This document shows, piece after piece, positions 36,909-46,149 of a DNA stretch of 58,454 bases. The stretch is taken from contig CAYRMI010000002.1 in NCBI GenBank assembly GCA_964425625.1, positions 1-58,454 on the forward strand. Direction: 5' to 3'. Positions within the stretch are counted from its first letter, which is position 1. Each line of letters begins with the position of its first letter. The notes under the pieces were generated by a model. The model searched no databases, had not been told where the DNA came from, and was given only the letters and a program-made list of their open reading frames with translations. A program made the position numbers and the translations under genes. Source of the DNA: an uncultured Candidatus Saccharibacteria bacterium. Its GTDB lineage: Bacteria > Patescibacteriota > Minisyncoccia > Phycocordibacterales > UBA918.

Positions 36909-37646
36909 TTGGCTAACGATTTTACTCCCATGTCTACCGAAGAAAACTTCCTCGCTCTGAACTTGACCGCCTTGGAAAAGATATTAGCAGTCACTTTTAA
37001 AGATAAAACATTGTTATTGTCGGCGATTACTCACCGTTCCTATTTAAATGAACACCGAGAGGCGACTTGGGAACATAATGAACGCTTAGAATTCTTGGGT
37101 GATGCGGTACTCGAACTTGTCGTTACTGACTATCTTTTTTCAAAGTACCCTGAAAAACCAGAAGGGGAACTCACTGCTATACGAGCAGCTTTGGTTAATA
37201 CTATTTCACTGGCTACTGCTTCAGAGGAGATGGCGGTAAATCAATTTTTACTCATGTCCAAGGGTGAAGCAAAAGATGAGGGTCGGGCCAGACAATATAT
37301 TCTCGCTAATGTGTTTGAGGCTTGTATTGGGGCCATCTACTTAGACCAGGGCTATGCTATGGCCCAAACCTTCATCGCCGATAGATTATTTAAAAACACT
37401 GAAGACATTGTGAAGATGCGTCTCTGGCAAGACGCCAAGAGTCGCTTCCAAGAGCTAGCCCAAGAGCATGCTTCGATTACGCCGACTTATGAGACAGTCT
37501 CGCAAGAAGGTCCAGATCATGATCGGGTATTTACGGTCGGGGTATATTTACGACATGAAAAAGTCGCCGAGGGTAAAGGCCGGTCTAAGCAAGAAGCTGA
37601 GCAAGAGGCCGCTAAGGCAGCGGTCAAGGCTAAGGGGTGGCAATAA
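36909..37646 (+). CDS. rnc: Ribonuclease III
   Basis: HNERLEFLGDAVLEL, ANVFEACIGAIYLDQG, dsRBD with GKGRSKQEAEQEAA. ATG 36930 is the likely start. Confidence 0.96.
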   Translation: MANDFTPMSTEENFLALNLTALEKILAVTFKDKTLLLSAITHRSYLNEHREATWEHNERLEFLGDAVLELVVTDYLFSKYPEKPEGELTAIRAALVNTISLATASEEMAVNQFLLMSKGEAKDEGRARQYILANVFEACIGAIYLDQGYAMAQTFIADRLFKNTEDIVKMRLWQDAKSRFQELAQEHASITPTYETVSQEGPDHDRVFTVGVYLRHEKVAEGKGRSKQEAEQEAAKAAVKAKGWQ

Positions 37647-37685
37647 GCCAAAATGAACTAATAAGTACGTGCTATAATTTTAGAT

Positions 37686-38300
37686 ATGTCTAGTATCGGC
37701 TATAACTATACCAAGGGTTTTACGTTAGTTGAATTATTGGTAGTAATCACGGTCATTGGGATATTAAGTACCGTGGCCATGATGAGTTTTCAGGAGGTGC
37801 GTGAGCAAGCCAGAGATAAGACCCGCATGGCGACTATCAAAGAAATTCAGCTGGCTCTTGCGTCCTATTTTGATTTGTATGGGGAATATCCTGAGCCTTG
37901 TGATTCCGATGTGGCAGATTGGTCTGGTAGTGTAAAAGCCGGGACATTTCAATGTGATGATCCTGACCAACCTTTCATCTTAGGTAATCCTGGAGCTGGT
38001 CGGCCGTTTGTCCCAACTTTTATGGAGCAAATGCCTAGAGATCCTTTGTATGAAACCCTGCCAGACAATTTTGGTTATGTTTACACTACTAATGCGACTC
38101 GGGATTCCTATAAGTTAATGGTCTACGGATCAGTTGAAGATGACTTAGTGGAGTGGAATGATCCGTTGGCAAGATGTCCCAAGGCTTGTGATGGTGAGGC
38201 TGGTACAGCTGATGTTTGCAATAACGGATCGGCTGAATTCACCGCCACCTTTGCTAGTACTTATGCCATCTATGCTGGATCGGCTATGTTATGCAAATAA
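37686..38300 (+). CDS. Type IV pilin / GspG-like prepilin
   Basis: KG^FTLVELLVVI class III signal, ARDKTR, C-terminal Cys residues. Confidence 0.9.
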   Translation: MSSIGYNYTKGFTLVELLVVITVIGILSTVAMMSFQEVREQARDKTRMATIKEIQLALASYFDLYGEYPEPCDSDVADWSGSVKAGTFQCDDPDQPFILGNPGAGRPFVPTFMEQMPRDPLYETLPDNFGYVYTTNATRDSYKLMVYGSVEDDLVEWNDPLARCPKACDGEAGTADVCNNGSAEFTATFASTYAIYAGSAMLCK

Positions 38301-38359
38301 ATTGACATAGCAATAGTATTTTGAGCCCCAGACTTTAAGGACATGATATAATTTAAAAA

Positions 38360-39142
38360 GTGAAAAAATTTACTCAAAAAATTAAAACTGGCTTTACCCT
38401 TATTGAACTTTTGCTAGTGGTGGCGGTGATTGGGATTTTGGTGACCGTAGTGACAATGAATTATAGCAACACTGCTGCGAATTCAAGAGACGCCCAGCGT
38501 CAGGCTGATTTACGCAATCTACAACAAACGCTTGAGGCCTACAAAAACCGTCATGGTCAATACCCTGAGCAATGTACACCAAAAGGTGGAGCAAATGGTT
38601 GGTCGGGCCAAATCGGCACGGACTATGAATGTGCTAATACAGACGAGCCGTTCATCTTAGGTAATCCTGGAGCTGGTCGGCAGTTTGTCCCTGATTTTAT
38701 GCCAGTCTTACCAACCGACCCCAAGCTACCAAGCGGGCGGACTGATGTTGGTTATGTCTATACGACTAACGCAGAGGGTTCAGTTTACAAAATAATGGCC
38801 ATGAATACCGTGGAGGCTGATGAAGGTCTGATTAGTGCTGGTGTAGGCGACAATAACCCGTACATGCATCCATTTAGAAGTTGTGATATGCAGGTTGGTA
38901 TTACCTCTAGTGGGGATGCTTCAGGTCTTCTTGGTTCGACTCTGTGTAGTGTTGTGTACACAGCACCAGCTGCGAGTTTCATCCCAGACTACTGCTTCTT
39001 AAATCATTCTCGTTTTAAAAGCTCCTATGCTCTCTGGGGTGGGGCAGCACCTATCTTAGGCGTGGTTCCTGATACTGATTTTGCTTTAAGTCCGGCTGAA
39101 AGGTATTCTGTGAAAGATACAGCCGCAATAGTGTGTAAATAG
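38360..39142 (+). CDS. Type IV pilin / GspG-like prepilin
   Basis: TG^FTLIELLLVV, SRDAQRQADL, LPTDP. Confidence 0.9.
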   Translation: MKKFTQKIKTGFTLIELLLVVAVIGILVTVVTMNYSNTAANSRDAQRQADLRNLQQTLEAYKNRHGQYPEQCTPKGGANGWSGQIGTDYECANTDEPFILGNPGAGRQFVPDFMPVLPTDPKLPSGRTDVGYVYTTNAEGSVYKIMAMNTVEADEGLISAGVGDNNPYMHPFRSCDMQVGITSSGDASGLLGSTLCSVVYTAPAASFIPDYCFLNHSRFKSSYALWGGAAPILGVVPDTDFALSPAERYSVKDTAAIVCK

Positions 39143-39150
39143 TAATAAAT

Positions 39151-39729
39151 ATGTTTAATAATAAATATTTAGTAGGATTTACTTTAGTAGAATTATTGGT
39201 AGTGATTAGTATAATAGGTCTCCTTTCCACTATTTTGTTTGCCAGTTTTGATGAGTCGAGAGCACAAGCTAGAGATAAAGCACGACTGGTGGCGCTAAAA
39301 GAGATGCAACTAGCAATTGAGCAGTATCGTTCTCAGACTGGTGAATATCCGCAAGCAAATTGTGGAAGTGCTACCGATGATTATAGTAGTAATTTCGCTG
39401 GTCCTGCTCCTGCGATATATGCAGGGGTACCAGACTTTTTAGAATGTGTAAGTAATGCTTATCGCGCTTTTTATATAAAAGGGTTGGTACCAGACTATAT
39501 CGCTCGATTACCCTTTGACTCCAAGTTTGAACTTGAAAATGATCGGGGGTTTTATTACCGTTCTGATAAATACTCCTACAAGCTGATGGCATATGATGTG
39601 GTGGAAGCTCTGACGGTAGACAGTTTTACGCATGAGTTTGCACGCTGTCCTAGCGCAATTGGAGCCTGTGCCGGAGGTGTACCGACCACTACCTATGCTG
39701 TTTATAGCCCAGGGGCGGAAGATTGGTAG
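39151..39729 (+). CDS. Type IV pilin / GspG-like prepilin
   Basis: VG^FTLVELLVVI, ARDKAR, G.YP. Confidence 0.9.
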   Translation: MFNNKYLVGFTLVELLVVISIIGLLSTILFASFDESRAQARDKARLVALKEMQLAIEQYRSQTGEYPQANCGSATDDYSSNFAGPAPAIYAGVPDFLECVSNAYRAFYIKGLVPDYIARLPFDSKFELENDRGFYYRSDKYSYKLMAYDVVEALTVDSFTHEFARCPSAIGACAGGVPTTTYAVYSPGAEDW

Positions 39730-39750
39730 TACCTGTTATAGTAGTGTGTA

Positions 39751-42018
39751 ATGTACCTTAAAGAATTATCCATCAACGGTTTTAAATCTTTCGCCAAAAA
39801 AAGCGAGCTGGGTTTTTCTGCACCGATTACGGCGATAGTGGGTCCCAATGGCTCCGGTAAGAGTAATGTCGCCGAATCCTTCCGCTTTGTGCTCGGGGAA
39901 CAGTCAGTCAAATCCATGCGTGGCAAGCGAGGCGAGGACCTGATTTGGGGTGGCTCCAGTAGTGTCTCTAGGGGTAATCGCGCTAGTGTGGTAGTGACGC
40001 TCGATAATACCAATCGAGTTTTCCCGCTTGATTTTAGTGAGATTATTATCGAACGAGTGGTACATCGTGATGGCCAAAATGACTATTTGCTTAACGGTTC
40101 TAATGTTCGACTAAAAGATATTCAAGAACTACTAGCCTCGGCCAATATTGGCTCGACCGGCCATCATATTATTTCTCAAGGTGAGGCCGACCGTATCCTT
40201 TCGGCTAATGCCAAAGAACGGCGCGAGATGATTGAAGACGCGCTTGGCTTAAAGATCTATCAATACAAAAAACAAGAAGCGGAACGCAAGCTAACTAAAA
40301 CACTCGAGAATGTGTCTCAAGTAGAATCGCTCCGGCGCGAAGCGGCTCCGCATCTGAAGTACCTAGAGAAGCAAATTCAAAAAATTGAAAAATCACTACA
40401 GGTACAAAGTGAGCTACGACTCACCTACGCCGAATACTTAAAGCGCGAGGATGTCTATATTGCACACCACCACGACCGCCTACAGACCGAAAGGCGAGTG
40501 CCCGAAGCTGAGCTAGAGCAGGTAAAGAAAGCCTTGCGCGAGGCTAAAGAGACCCTACAGGCATCCGAGACCAAGCAAGACTCAAGCGAGATCATCAATG
40601 CGCAAGAGGCCTTAGCTAAAGCCGTTCGGGAGAGACAACAGAGCGAACGCGAATATAGTAAGTGTGAGGGTCAGATAGTGCTACTGGCGCGCCGTATAGA
40701 GGAGCATGAGCGTAGAGCCAAGCAGGTAGAAGGTAAGCCGATACCGTACCAAGAGGTAAAGTCCTTAATCGATACGCTTGAGCAACAGGTAGAAAAAGCC
40801 ATCGCTCGAGCGGAGGTTTCCCATCTAGAACGGGCTTTAACTGACATTGTGCATCGGCTTAAGTTATTTTTGGAGCGTCGCGATGATGCCACTGATGACA
40901 CGACTCTGTTTGACCATGAGGAGCGCAATCGCCTACAAAAAGAATTAACGGAACTAGGTAAACGAGTAACTGACGCCACAGAGCTTGAAACCAAGGTTAG
41001 ACTAGCTTATGAGGCGATGGAAAAGGCTAGAGCGACCCAAGCCACCGAAGGTCGCGAAGCGGAACGGGCGGTCTTTCGTCTAGTCGGTGAGGAGCGTGAA
41101 TTAGAGAACAAACTGGAACGGATTGACCGGGAGTTGTCTATTTTAGATCGTGATCGCACTGAATTTAAGGAGGAGCTTCAAGAAGCTGTAACTCTGCTCG
41201 GACGTGGGGCGGCTGATTATTTTACTTTTGTCTTAAAGAGTGAGAGCGGGGCTGAGGTAATTGAGGCTGAAGTGGTAGGGGAGTCACGTGAAGTGCAAAG
41301 ACAGCGTCGACACAATTTGGAAAAGTTAAAAATTCGTCTGGAGGAACTGGGTATTGGAGCTACTGAAGATGTGATGAAGGAGCACAAAGACGCCAAAGAA
41401 CGCGATGAGTTTTTGGCTCATGAACTAGAGGATCTGACGCAATCCATCGCCAAACTACGAGAACTTATCACCGACCTAGAGGCCAAGCTCGATGAGCAAT
41501 TTGGCGTGGGTATTGAAAAAATCTCCACCGAGTTCAACCGCTTCTTTACTTTGATGTTTGGTGGTGGGGAAGCCGAGTTGGTGCGGGTTGTGATGAAGGT
41601 AGAGGAGGGAGATGAAGAGATGGAAGGTGAGAAAGCAAATAGTTTTGTACCCAACAGTAGTCGGGACGGTATTGAGTTGTCAGTAAAGCTACCAAACAAG
41701 CGAGTAAAGGGGCTAGAGATGCTTTCTGGTGGTGAACGAGCCCTGACATCCATTGCCCTCATCTTTGCCATGAGTCAGGTCAACCCACCACCGTTTATTA
41801 TTCTCGATGAGACCGATGCCGCGCTCGATGAGGCCAATAGCCGTCGTTATGGCGATATGATTGAGGCCTTGGCCAAGAAATCCCAACTCATCCTCATTAC
41901 TCACAATCGTGAGACAATGAGTCGGGCAGGCGTACTCTATGGCGTCACAATGGGTGGTGATGGTATCTCCAAGCTCCTTTCGGTCAAGCTCGATGAAGCG
42001 GTCGCTGTCGCCAAATAG
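39751..42018 (+). CDS. smc: SMC-family ATPase, short (755 aa), no recognisable hinge
   Basis: GFKSF, Walker A GPNGSGKSN, signature LSGGE, Walker B ILDETDAALD. Confidence 0.88.
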   Translation: MYLKELSINGFKSFAKKSELGFSAPITAIVGPNGSGKSNVAESFRFVLGEQSVKSMRGKRGEDLIWGGSSSVSRGNRASVVVTLDNTNRVFPLDFSEIIIERVVHRDGQNDYLLNGSNVRLKDIQELLASANIGSTGHHIISQGEADRILSANAKERREMIEDALGLKIYQYKKQEAERKLTKTLENVSQVESLRREAAPHLKYLEKQIQKIEKSLQVQSELRLTYAEYLKREDVYIAHHHDRLQTERRVPEAELEQVKKALREAKETLQASETKQDSSEIINAQEALAKAVRERQQSEREYSKCEGQIVLLARRIEEHERRAKQVEGKPIPYQEVKSLIDTLEQQVEKAIARAEVSHLERALTDIVHRLKLFLERRDDATDDTTLFDHEERNRLQKELTELGKRVTDATELETKVRLAYEAMEKARATQATEGREAERAVFRLVGEERELENKLERIDRELSILDRDRTEFKEELQEAVTLLGRGAADYFTFVLKSESGAEVIEAEVVGESREVQRQRRHNLEKLKIRLEELGIGATEDVMKEHKDAKERDEFLAHELEDLTQSIAKLRELITDLEAKLDEQFGVGIEKISTEFNRFFTLMFGGGEAELVRVVMKVEEGDEEMEGEKANSFVPNSSRDGIELSVKLPNKRVKGLEMLSGGERALTSIALIFAMSQVNPPPFIILDETDAALDEANSRRYGDMIEALAKKSQLILITHNRETMSRAGVLYGVTMGGDGISKLLSVKLDEAVAVAK

Positions 42019-42045
42019 AGGACTCTACTATGACAAGCTGTGCCG

Positions 42046-42070
42046 TTGAGGGAGGCTTAGCCTCCCTCAA
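42046..42070. repeat. Palindrome family B / terminator after smc
   Basis: TTGAGGGAGGCT-T-AGCCTCCCTCAA. Confidence 0.7.
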
Positions 42071-42146
42071 AATAGTTTGACAGAAACTAATTTCTGTTTA
42101 ATAATAATATGTCCGGCGATTTGACCGGACACTTAGAGGAGTAAAG

Positions 42147-42509
42147 ATGGAGAAGATTGAAAGAAAGATTGTCTGCCAACACACTGAGGTTGGTGCTCTG
42201 TCGGCAAGTGTGGTACTGGCGGAGGAAGTGGAGGTGAAGAAGGTCCAAGCCATGCGGAATCGTCTGCTTCGGCGCAAAGGGTCACCCTTTGTCGACGTGG
42301 CGTTGGTGCGTGATGAGAAAGATCCATCGTCATTTCGCTTGACGGCCGAACTTGGTCTTTATACCCCAGAATGCTGCTACTTTGAAGGCATTGGTCTGTT
42401 CCGTAACGAGGTGGAAAAGCTTCTTCGGGCACACTACTGCATCGACTGCAGTTTGCTCCATCAACCGCCACCGCGGCGCAAGCCTATACCTGCCCGTAAG
42501 GGAAAGTAA
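42147..42509 (+). CDS. Hypothetical protein (orphan, Cys-containing)
   Basis: GAGGAG 5 nt before the ATG, TTGACA upstream, hairpin terminator downstream; no family recognised. Confidence 0.6.
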   Translation: MEKIERKIVCQHTEVGALSASVVLAEEVEVKKVQAMRNRLLRRKGSPFVDVALVRDEKDPSSFRLTAELGLYTPECCYFEGIGLFRNEVEKLLRAHYCIDCSLLHQPPPRRKPIPARKGK

Positions 42510-42540
42510 ACGCTAAGACCGGAGTTTGTTCTTCAAGACC

Positions 42541-42567
42541 AAAAGGCTTGCCCCGGCGAGCCTTTTT
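42541..42567 (+). terminator. Intrinsic terminator
   Basis: AAAAGGCTTGC-CCCG-GCGAGCCTTTT with T-run. Confidence 0.65.
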
Positions 42568-42671
42568 GCTTACCTTCTTATAGGATGATTCGCCAAAGTC
42601 TAATGAAAAATTAAATAAAGTAAAAAATCTGTAACTTAGCGAAAACATCCAATCAATCGGATGTTTTTAGT

Positions 42672-42706
42672 TTCCCCTGAGTAAGGTCGAACCTTACTCA
42701 GGGGAA
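42672..42706. repeat. 16-bp perfect hairpin (core AGGTCGAACCT)
   Basis: TTCCCCTGAGTAAGGT-CGA-ACCTTACTCAGGGGAA. Confidence 0.8.
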
Positions 42707-42799
42707 TAAAAAGCGGACGGGCCATAGCAATGGACGTTCAAGCATTGGGTAGGGTTTGTCTAAGCAACGATCAATTCGTTGTTTAGACGATTATATCAC

Positions 42800-44737
42800 T
42801 TAGACGAGTTCAAAATCTAGCTGGCGTTCCTCTTTGTCGGCGCGCATCAGCTTAACCATCACCTTATCACCGAGCGAATAGGTCTTACCGGTCTTTTGAC
42901 CTTTAATACGGTACTTACTGGCTTCATGTTCAAAGTAATCGCTTTTGATAGTCGCTAAGCGCACCATACCGTCAGCCATACAAGTAGACTCCTGGACATA
43001 GATACCCCAGTCAGTCACACCAGTAATCACGCCGTCAAAAGTTTCACCGATGCGGTTCATGAGGTATTCGACTTGCTTGAATTTAATCGAATCACGTTCG
43101 GCTGTGACAGCTTCCATTTCCCGCTGGGAAGACTTGATACACATCTGTTCGTACTGTTGAAGTTCCTTTGGTCCAATATGTGAACCATCGAGGTGCTTGC
43201 GTAACAGGCGGTGAGCCATCAGGTCGGGGTAACGACGAATTGGGGAAGTAAAGTGAGTATAAAATTTGAAGGCCAGGCCAAAGTGCCCGATGTTTTTGGT
43301 GGAATAAACAGCTTTGGCCATCGAGCGGATAGTGGCGGTCTTGATGAGGTTGGCTTCTGGCTTACCCTCGATATCTTTAAGTAATTTGTTGATAGTGGTA
43401 GCTTTGACTGTACCTTTATGAACTTCAAACTCGTAGCCAATGGCGCGTAGGAAAATACCCAGTTCCTCTAGTTTGTCGGGATTGGGAGTATCGTGGATAC
43501 GATAAACGAAAGCTAAGTCCTTATTCTTGCTCTTCGCTAGGTCATAGATATGAGTAGCTACTTCGCGGTTGGCTAGCAACATGAAGTCTTCAATCATGAG
43601 CATAGTCTCAACTCGTTCTTTCACAAAAGCGCGAATTGGCGCCCCTCGCTCATCGAGTTCAAACTTAACTTCGGGTTGGTCAAAAGCAATCGCTCCTTGT
43701 GCATAACGCTTATGGCGTAGTTTGCGTCCCAGAGTCATTAGGGTAGTGAGGTCTGCTAGGTGTGGACCCTCTCCGGTATCAAGTACTTTTTGGGCTTCCT
43801 CGTAACTAAAACGCTTATCCGAATGGATAATAGTCTGACCATACCAGGCATTTACTATGTGGGCGTCAGGGGTGATTTCAAATACGGCGGAAAAAGCGAG
43901 TCGGTCCTCATTAGGGCGCAGCGAACAGAGGTCATTGGAAAGGACTTCCGGTAGCATGGGAATAACTCTGTCTACCAGGTAGACCGAAGTAGCCCGTTCC
44001 CGGGCTTCCTCATCAATACCGTCATGATCACGCACGTAGTGAGACACATCGGCAATATGAATACCAACTTCAATATTGCCATTAGGTAGAACAAGACAAG
44101 ACAGGGCGTCATCGAAGTCCTTGGCATCTACCGGGTCAATAGTCATTGTCATGACGTCGCGCATATCGCGACGTTTAGGGTCCTTGAGAGCGTCCGCAAA
44201 AATTTGTTCTTTGGTCTCATAGAGAGTATGGGCGGCTTGTTGAACCGATTCAGGAAAAGCTTTGGAAAAACCACCCGAGCGGATAATGGCCTGCATCTCG
44301 GTCTCATGATCACCCGCGTGACCAAGAACCTCAGTGATTTTGGCAATGGGGTCCATCAAGGGCTGGCTCCATTTGGTTATTTCTACCACTACCTTCATAC
44401 CGAGGTCGACCGGGTTGGCCTCAGGTAAGAGGGGACGGACGTGAATTCGGGAGTTGTCAGGAGCTAGGTATTTCATCATTTTGCCGTCAACCAGTTTTTC
44501 TTTGACAGTACCAATAAACTCACGGTAGGCGGCTTTGACAACTTCCTCGACCTTACCTTCTTGACGTCGGCCGGGGACTTTCTTTTTCAGGGAAATGCGC
44601 ACAATATCGCCATCGAGCGCAAAACCGAGGTTTTCGCGTTCGATAATAATATCCTCTTCATGACCCTCGGCCTTCACAAAACCAGTGCCCTTACCGCGCA
44701 CCATAATTGGTCCATCGAATGTAGTGTTATTTGACAT
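42800..44737 (-). CDS. rnr: Ribonuclease R (RNB family), without N-terminal HTH
   Basis: CSD KGTGFV, TIDPVDAKDFDDA, HFTSPIRRYPDL, C-terminal S1 domain. ATG at 44737. Confidence 0.93.
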   Translation of the reverse strand: MSNNTTFDGPIMVRGKGTGFVKAEGHEEDIIIERENLGFALDGDIVRISLKKKVPGRRQEGKVEEVVKAAYREFIGTVKEKLVDGKMMKYLAPDNSRIHVRPLLPEANPVDLGMKVVVEITKWSQPLMDPIAKITEVLGHAGDHETEMQAIIRSGGFSKAFPESVQQAAHTLYETKEQIFADALKDPKRRDMRDVMTMTIDPVDAKDFDDALSCLVLPNGNIEVGIHIADVSHYVRDHDGIDEEARERATSVYLVDRVIPMLPEVLSNDLCSLRPNEDRLAFSAVFEITPDAHIVNAWYGQTIIHSDKRFSYEEAQKVLDTGEGPHLADLTTLMTLGRKLRHKRYAQGAIAFDQPEVKFELDERGAPIRAFVKERVETMLMIEDFMLLANREVATHIYDLAKSKNKDLAFVYRIHDTPNPDKLEELGIFLRAIGYEFEVHKGTVKATTINKLLKDIEGKPEANLIKTATIRSMAKAVYSTKNIGHFGLAFKFYTHFTSPIRRYPDLMAHRLLRKHLDGSHIGPKELQQYEQMCIKSSQREMEAVTAERDSIKFKQVEYLMNRIGETFDGVITGVTDWGIYVQESTCMADGMVRLATIKSDYFEHEASKYRIKGQKTGKTYSLGDKVMVKLMRADKEERQLDFELV

Positions 44738-44785
44738 GTAGAGGAGAGTGTAGCATGGACAAGTAAAAGAGGCTATAACGTTCAC

Positions 44786-44814
44786 TTGACCGAAAGCTTG
44801 GCTTCTGGTAATCT
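44786..44814 (+). promoter_or_regulatory. rpsP promoter
   Basis: TTGACC-17-TAATCT with TG extension, 9 nt before the ATG. Confidence 0.55.
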
Positions 44815-44823
44815 TCTGCCACT

Positions 44824-45141
44824 ATGTTAATGATGCGTTTACAACGAGTGGGTCGCAAAAATGAGCCATCTTACCGCGTGGTGGTGGTGGACAAGCGAGC
44901 CAGTACAAAGGCTAATAAGAATATCGATAACCTCGGCTTTTATAACCCCAAGCTAGGTGTGATTGAGATTGATGGTGAAAAGGCTAAGCATTGGTTGGCT
45001 CAGGGTGTGCAAGCTTCCGATACTGTACATAATATGCTTGTAACCAAGAAAATCATTGATGCCAAGAAGATCAATGTTCTACCTAAAATGTCTAACCGCA
45101 AAGCCGAAGTTGCTCCAGAGACAGCTCCTGTGGCTGTCTAA
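44824..45141 (+). CDS. rpsP: 30S ribosomal protein S16
   Basis: MRLQRVGRKNEPSYRVVV, LGFYNP, GVQASDTV. Confidence 0.96.
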   Translation: MLMMRLQRVGRKNEPSYRVVVVDKRASTKANKNIDNLGFYNPKLGVIEIDGEKAKHWLAQGVQASDTVHNMLVTKKIIDAKKINVLPKMSNRKAEVAPETAPVAV

Positions 45142-45158
45142 CTCAACCTTTAGATATT

Positions 45159-45190
45159 CACAAAACACGTGCTTCTGCACGTGTTTTGTG
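45159..45190 (+). terminator. 14-bp hairpin after rpsP
   Basis: CACAAAACACGTGC-TTCT-GCACGTGTTTTGTG. Confidence 0.7.
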
Positions 45191-45287
45191 TTGACGGGAG
45201 ACTAAGGCTCTCGTACTATATGTATAGCAACGCCCACCCTAAGCGGTGTTGGTGTCTGCTTACCAGATTAGCTAAGAAAATTGATGT

Positions 45288-45641
45288 ATGGATACTCATG
45301 AAGATAAGCAGTTTCTCGAGACTTTAGTCAAAGCGCTCGTAGATCACCCGGAAAGTGTAAGAATTAATCGTACTGTCGATGAGATGGGGGTTCTCCTCAC
45401 TCTTGACGTACACGCTGAAGATATGGGTAAGATTATCGGTCGCTCAGGCAATACGGCCAAAGCCATCCGTACCTTACTCCGAGTGGTTGGTATGAAGCAC
45501 GATGCTCGAGTAAACCTAAAGATTAACGAACCAGAAGGCGGACGAGCAATGACCCAAGAGATGAGCGAGGCGATGCGGGAGGACAATCCGGTTTCGACGC
45601 CTAAGTCGCTAGACGAAGCTATCGAAGATTTGAAAATATAA
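45288..45641 (+). CDS. khpA: KH-domain RNA-binding protein (KhpA/YlqC)
   Basis: LVKALVDHPESV, DMGKIIGRSGNTAKAIRTLL; follows rpsP. Confidence 0.92.
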   Translation: MDTHEDKQFLETLVKALVDHPESVRINRTVDEMGVLLTLDVHAEDMGKIIGRSGNTAKAIRTLLRVVGMKHDARVNLKINEPEGGRAMTQEMSEAMREDNPVSTPKSLDEAIEDLKI

Positions 45642-45956
45642 ATTGACGATTCGCTTTGTTGCAGTTCAGTAAAATAATTCTCACCGTACTATACGTACGA
45701 CTTGCATTATTTTCTTCCTGCGTCTCGCGATTCATTCAATTTATTGTCTTCAAATAAACCTAAAGATTTAATACTGAAAAATTTCCTTGTTGGACTACAA
45801 GATTTTTCGGTCAAAGTACTATTCGTACATTTCTCTCAAAATTTTTGTCCGCCTCTAAATTTTCTCAGTCTTAAACTTTAGCAATTTGAAAATATAAACT
45901 AAGGCGTAGCCTACCAGAAAATTCTCAGCAGAATTTTCTTACGGCTTTTGCAACTG

Positions 45957-45994
45957 CAAAGTAAAGACCAGACATCCGTCTGGTCTTTACTTTG
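45957..45994. repeat. 17-bp perfect hairpin in a hairpin-rich intergenic region
   Basis: CAAAGTAAAGACCAGAC-ATCC-GTCTGGTCTTTACTTTG. Confidence 0.8.
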
Positions 45995-46149
45995 ACTGGC
46001 CGGTTGCTTGCAGATGTTCGTCGCCGGTCAATTGCTGATGCCTTCACTAAACTAAACAGAGTGCTACGCGCCTGGCTTTTTCTGTGCTAGGATTTTAAGT
46101 GATCTACACTATTAGCTTAGTTTATCTAATCAGTATAAGCAAATAAATT

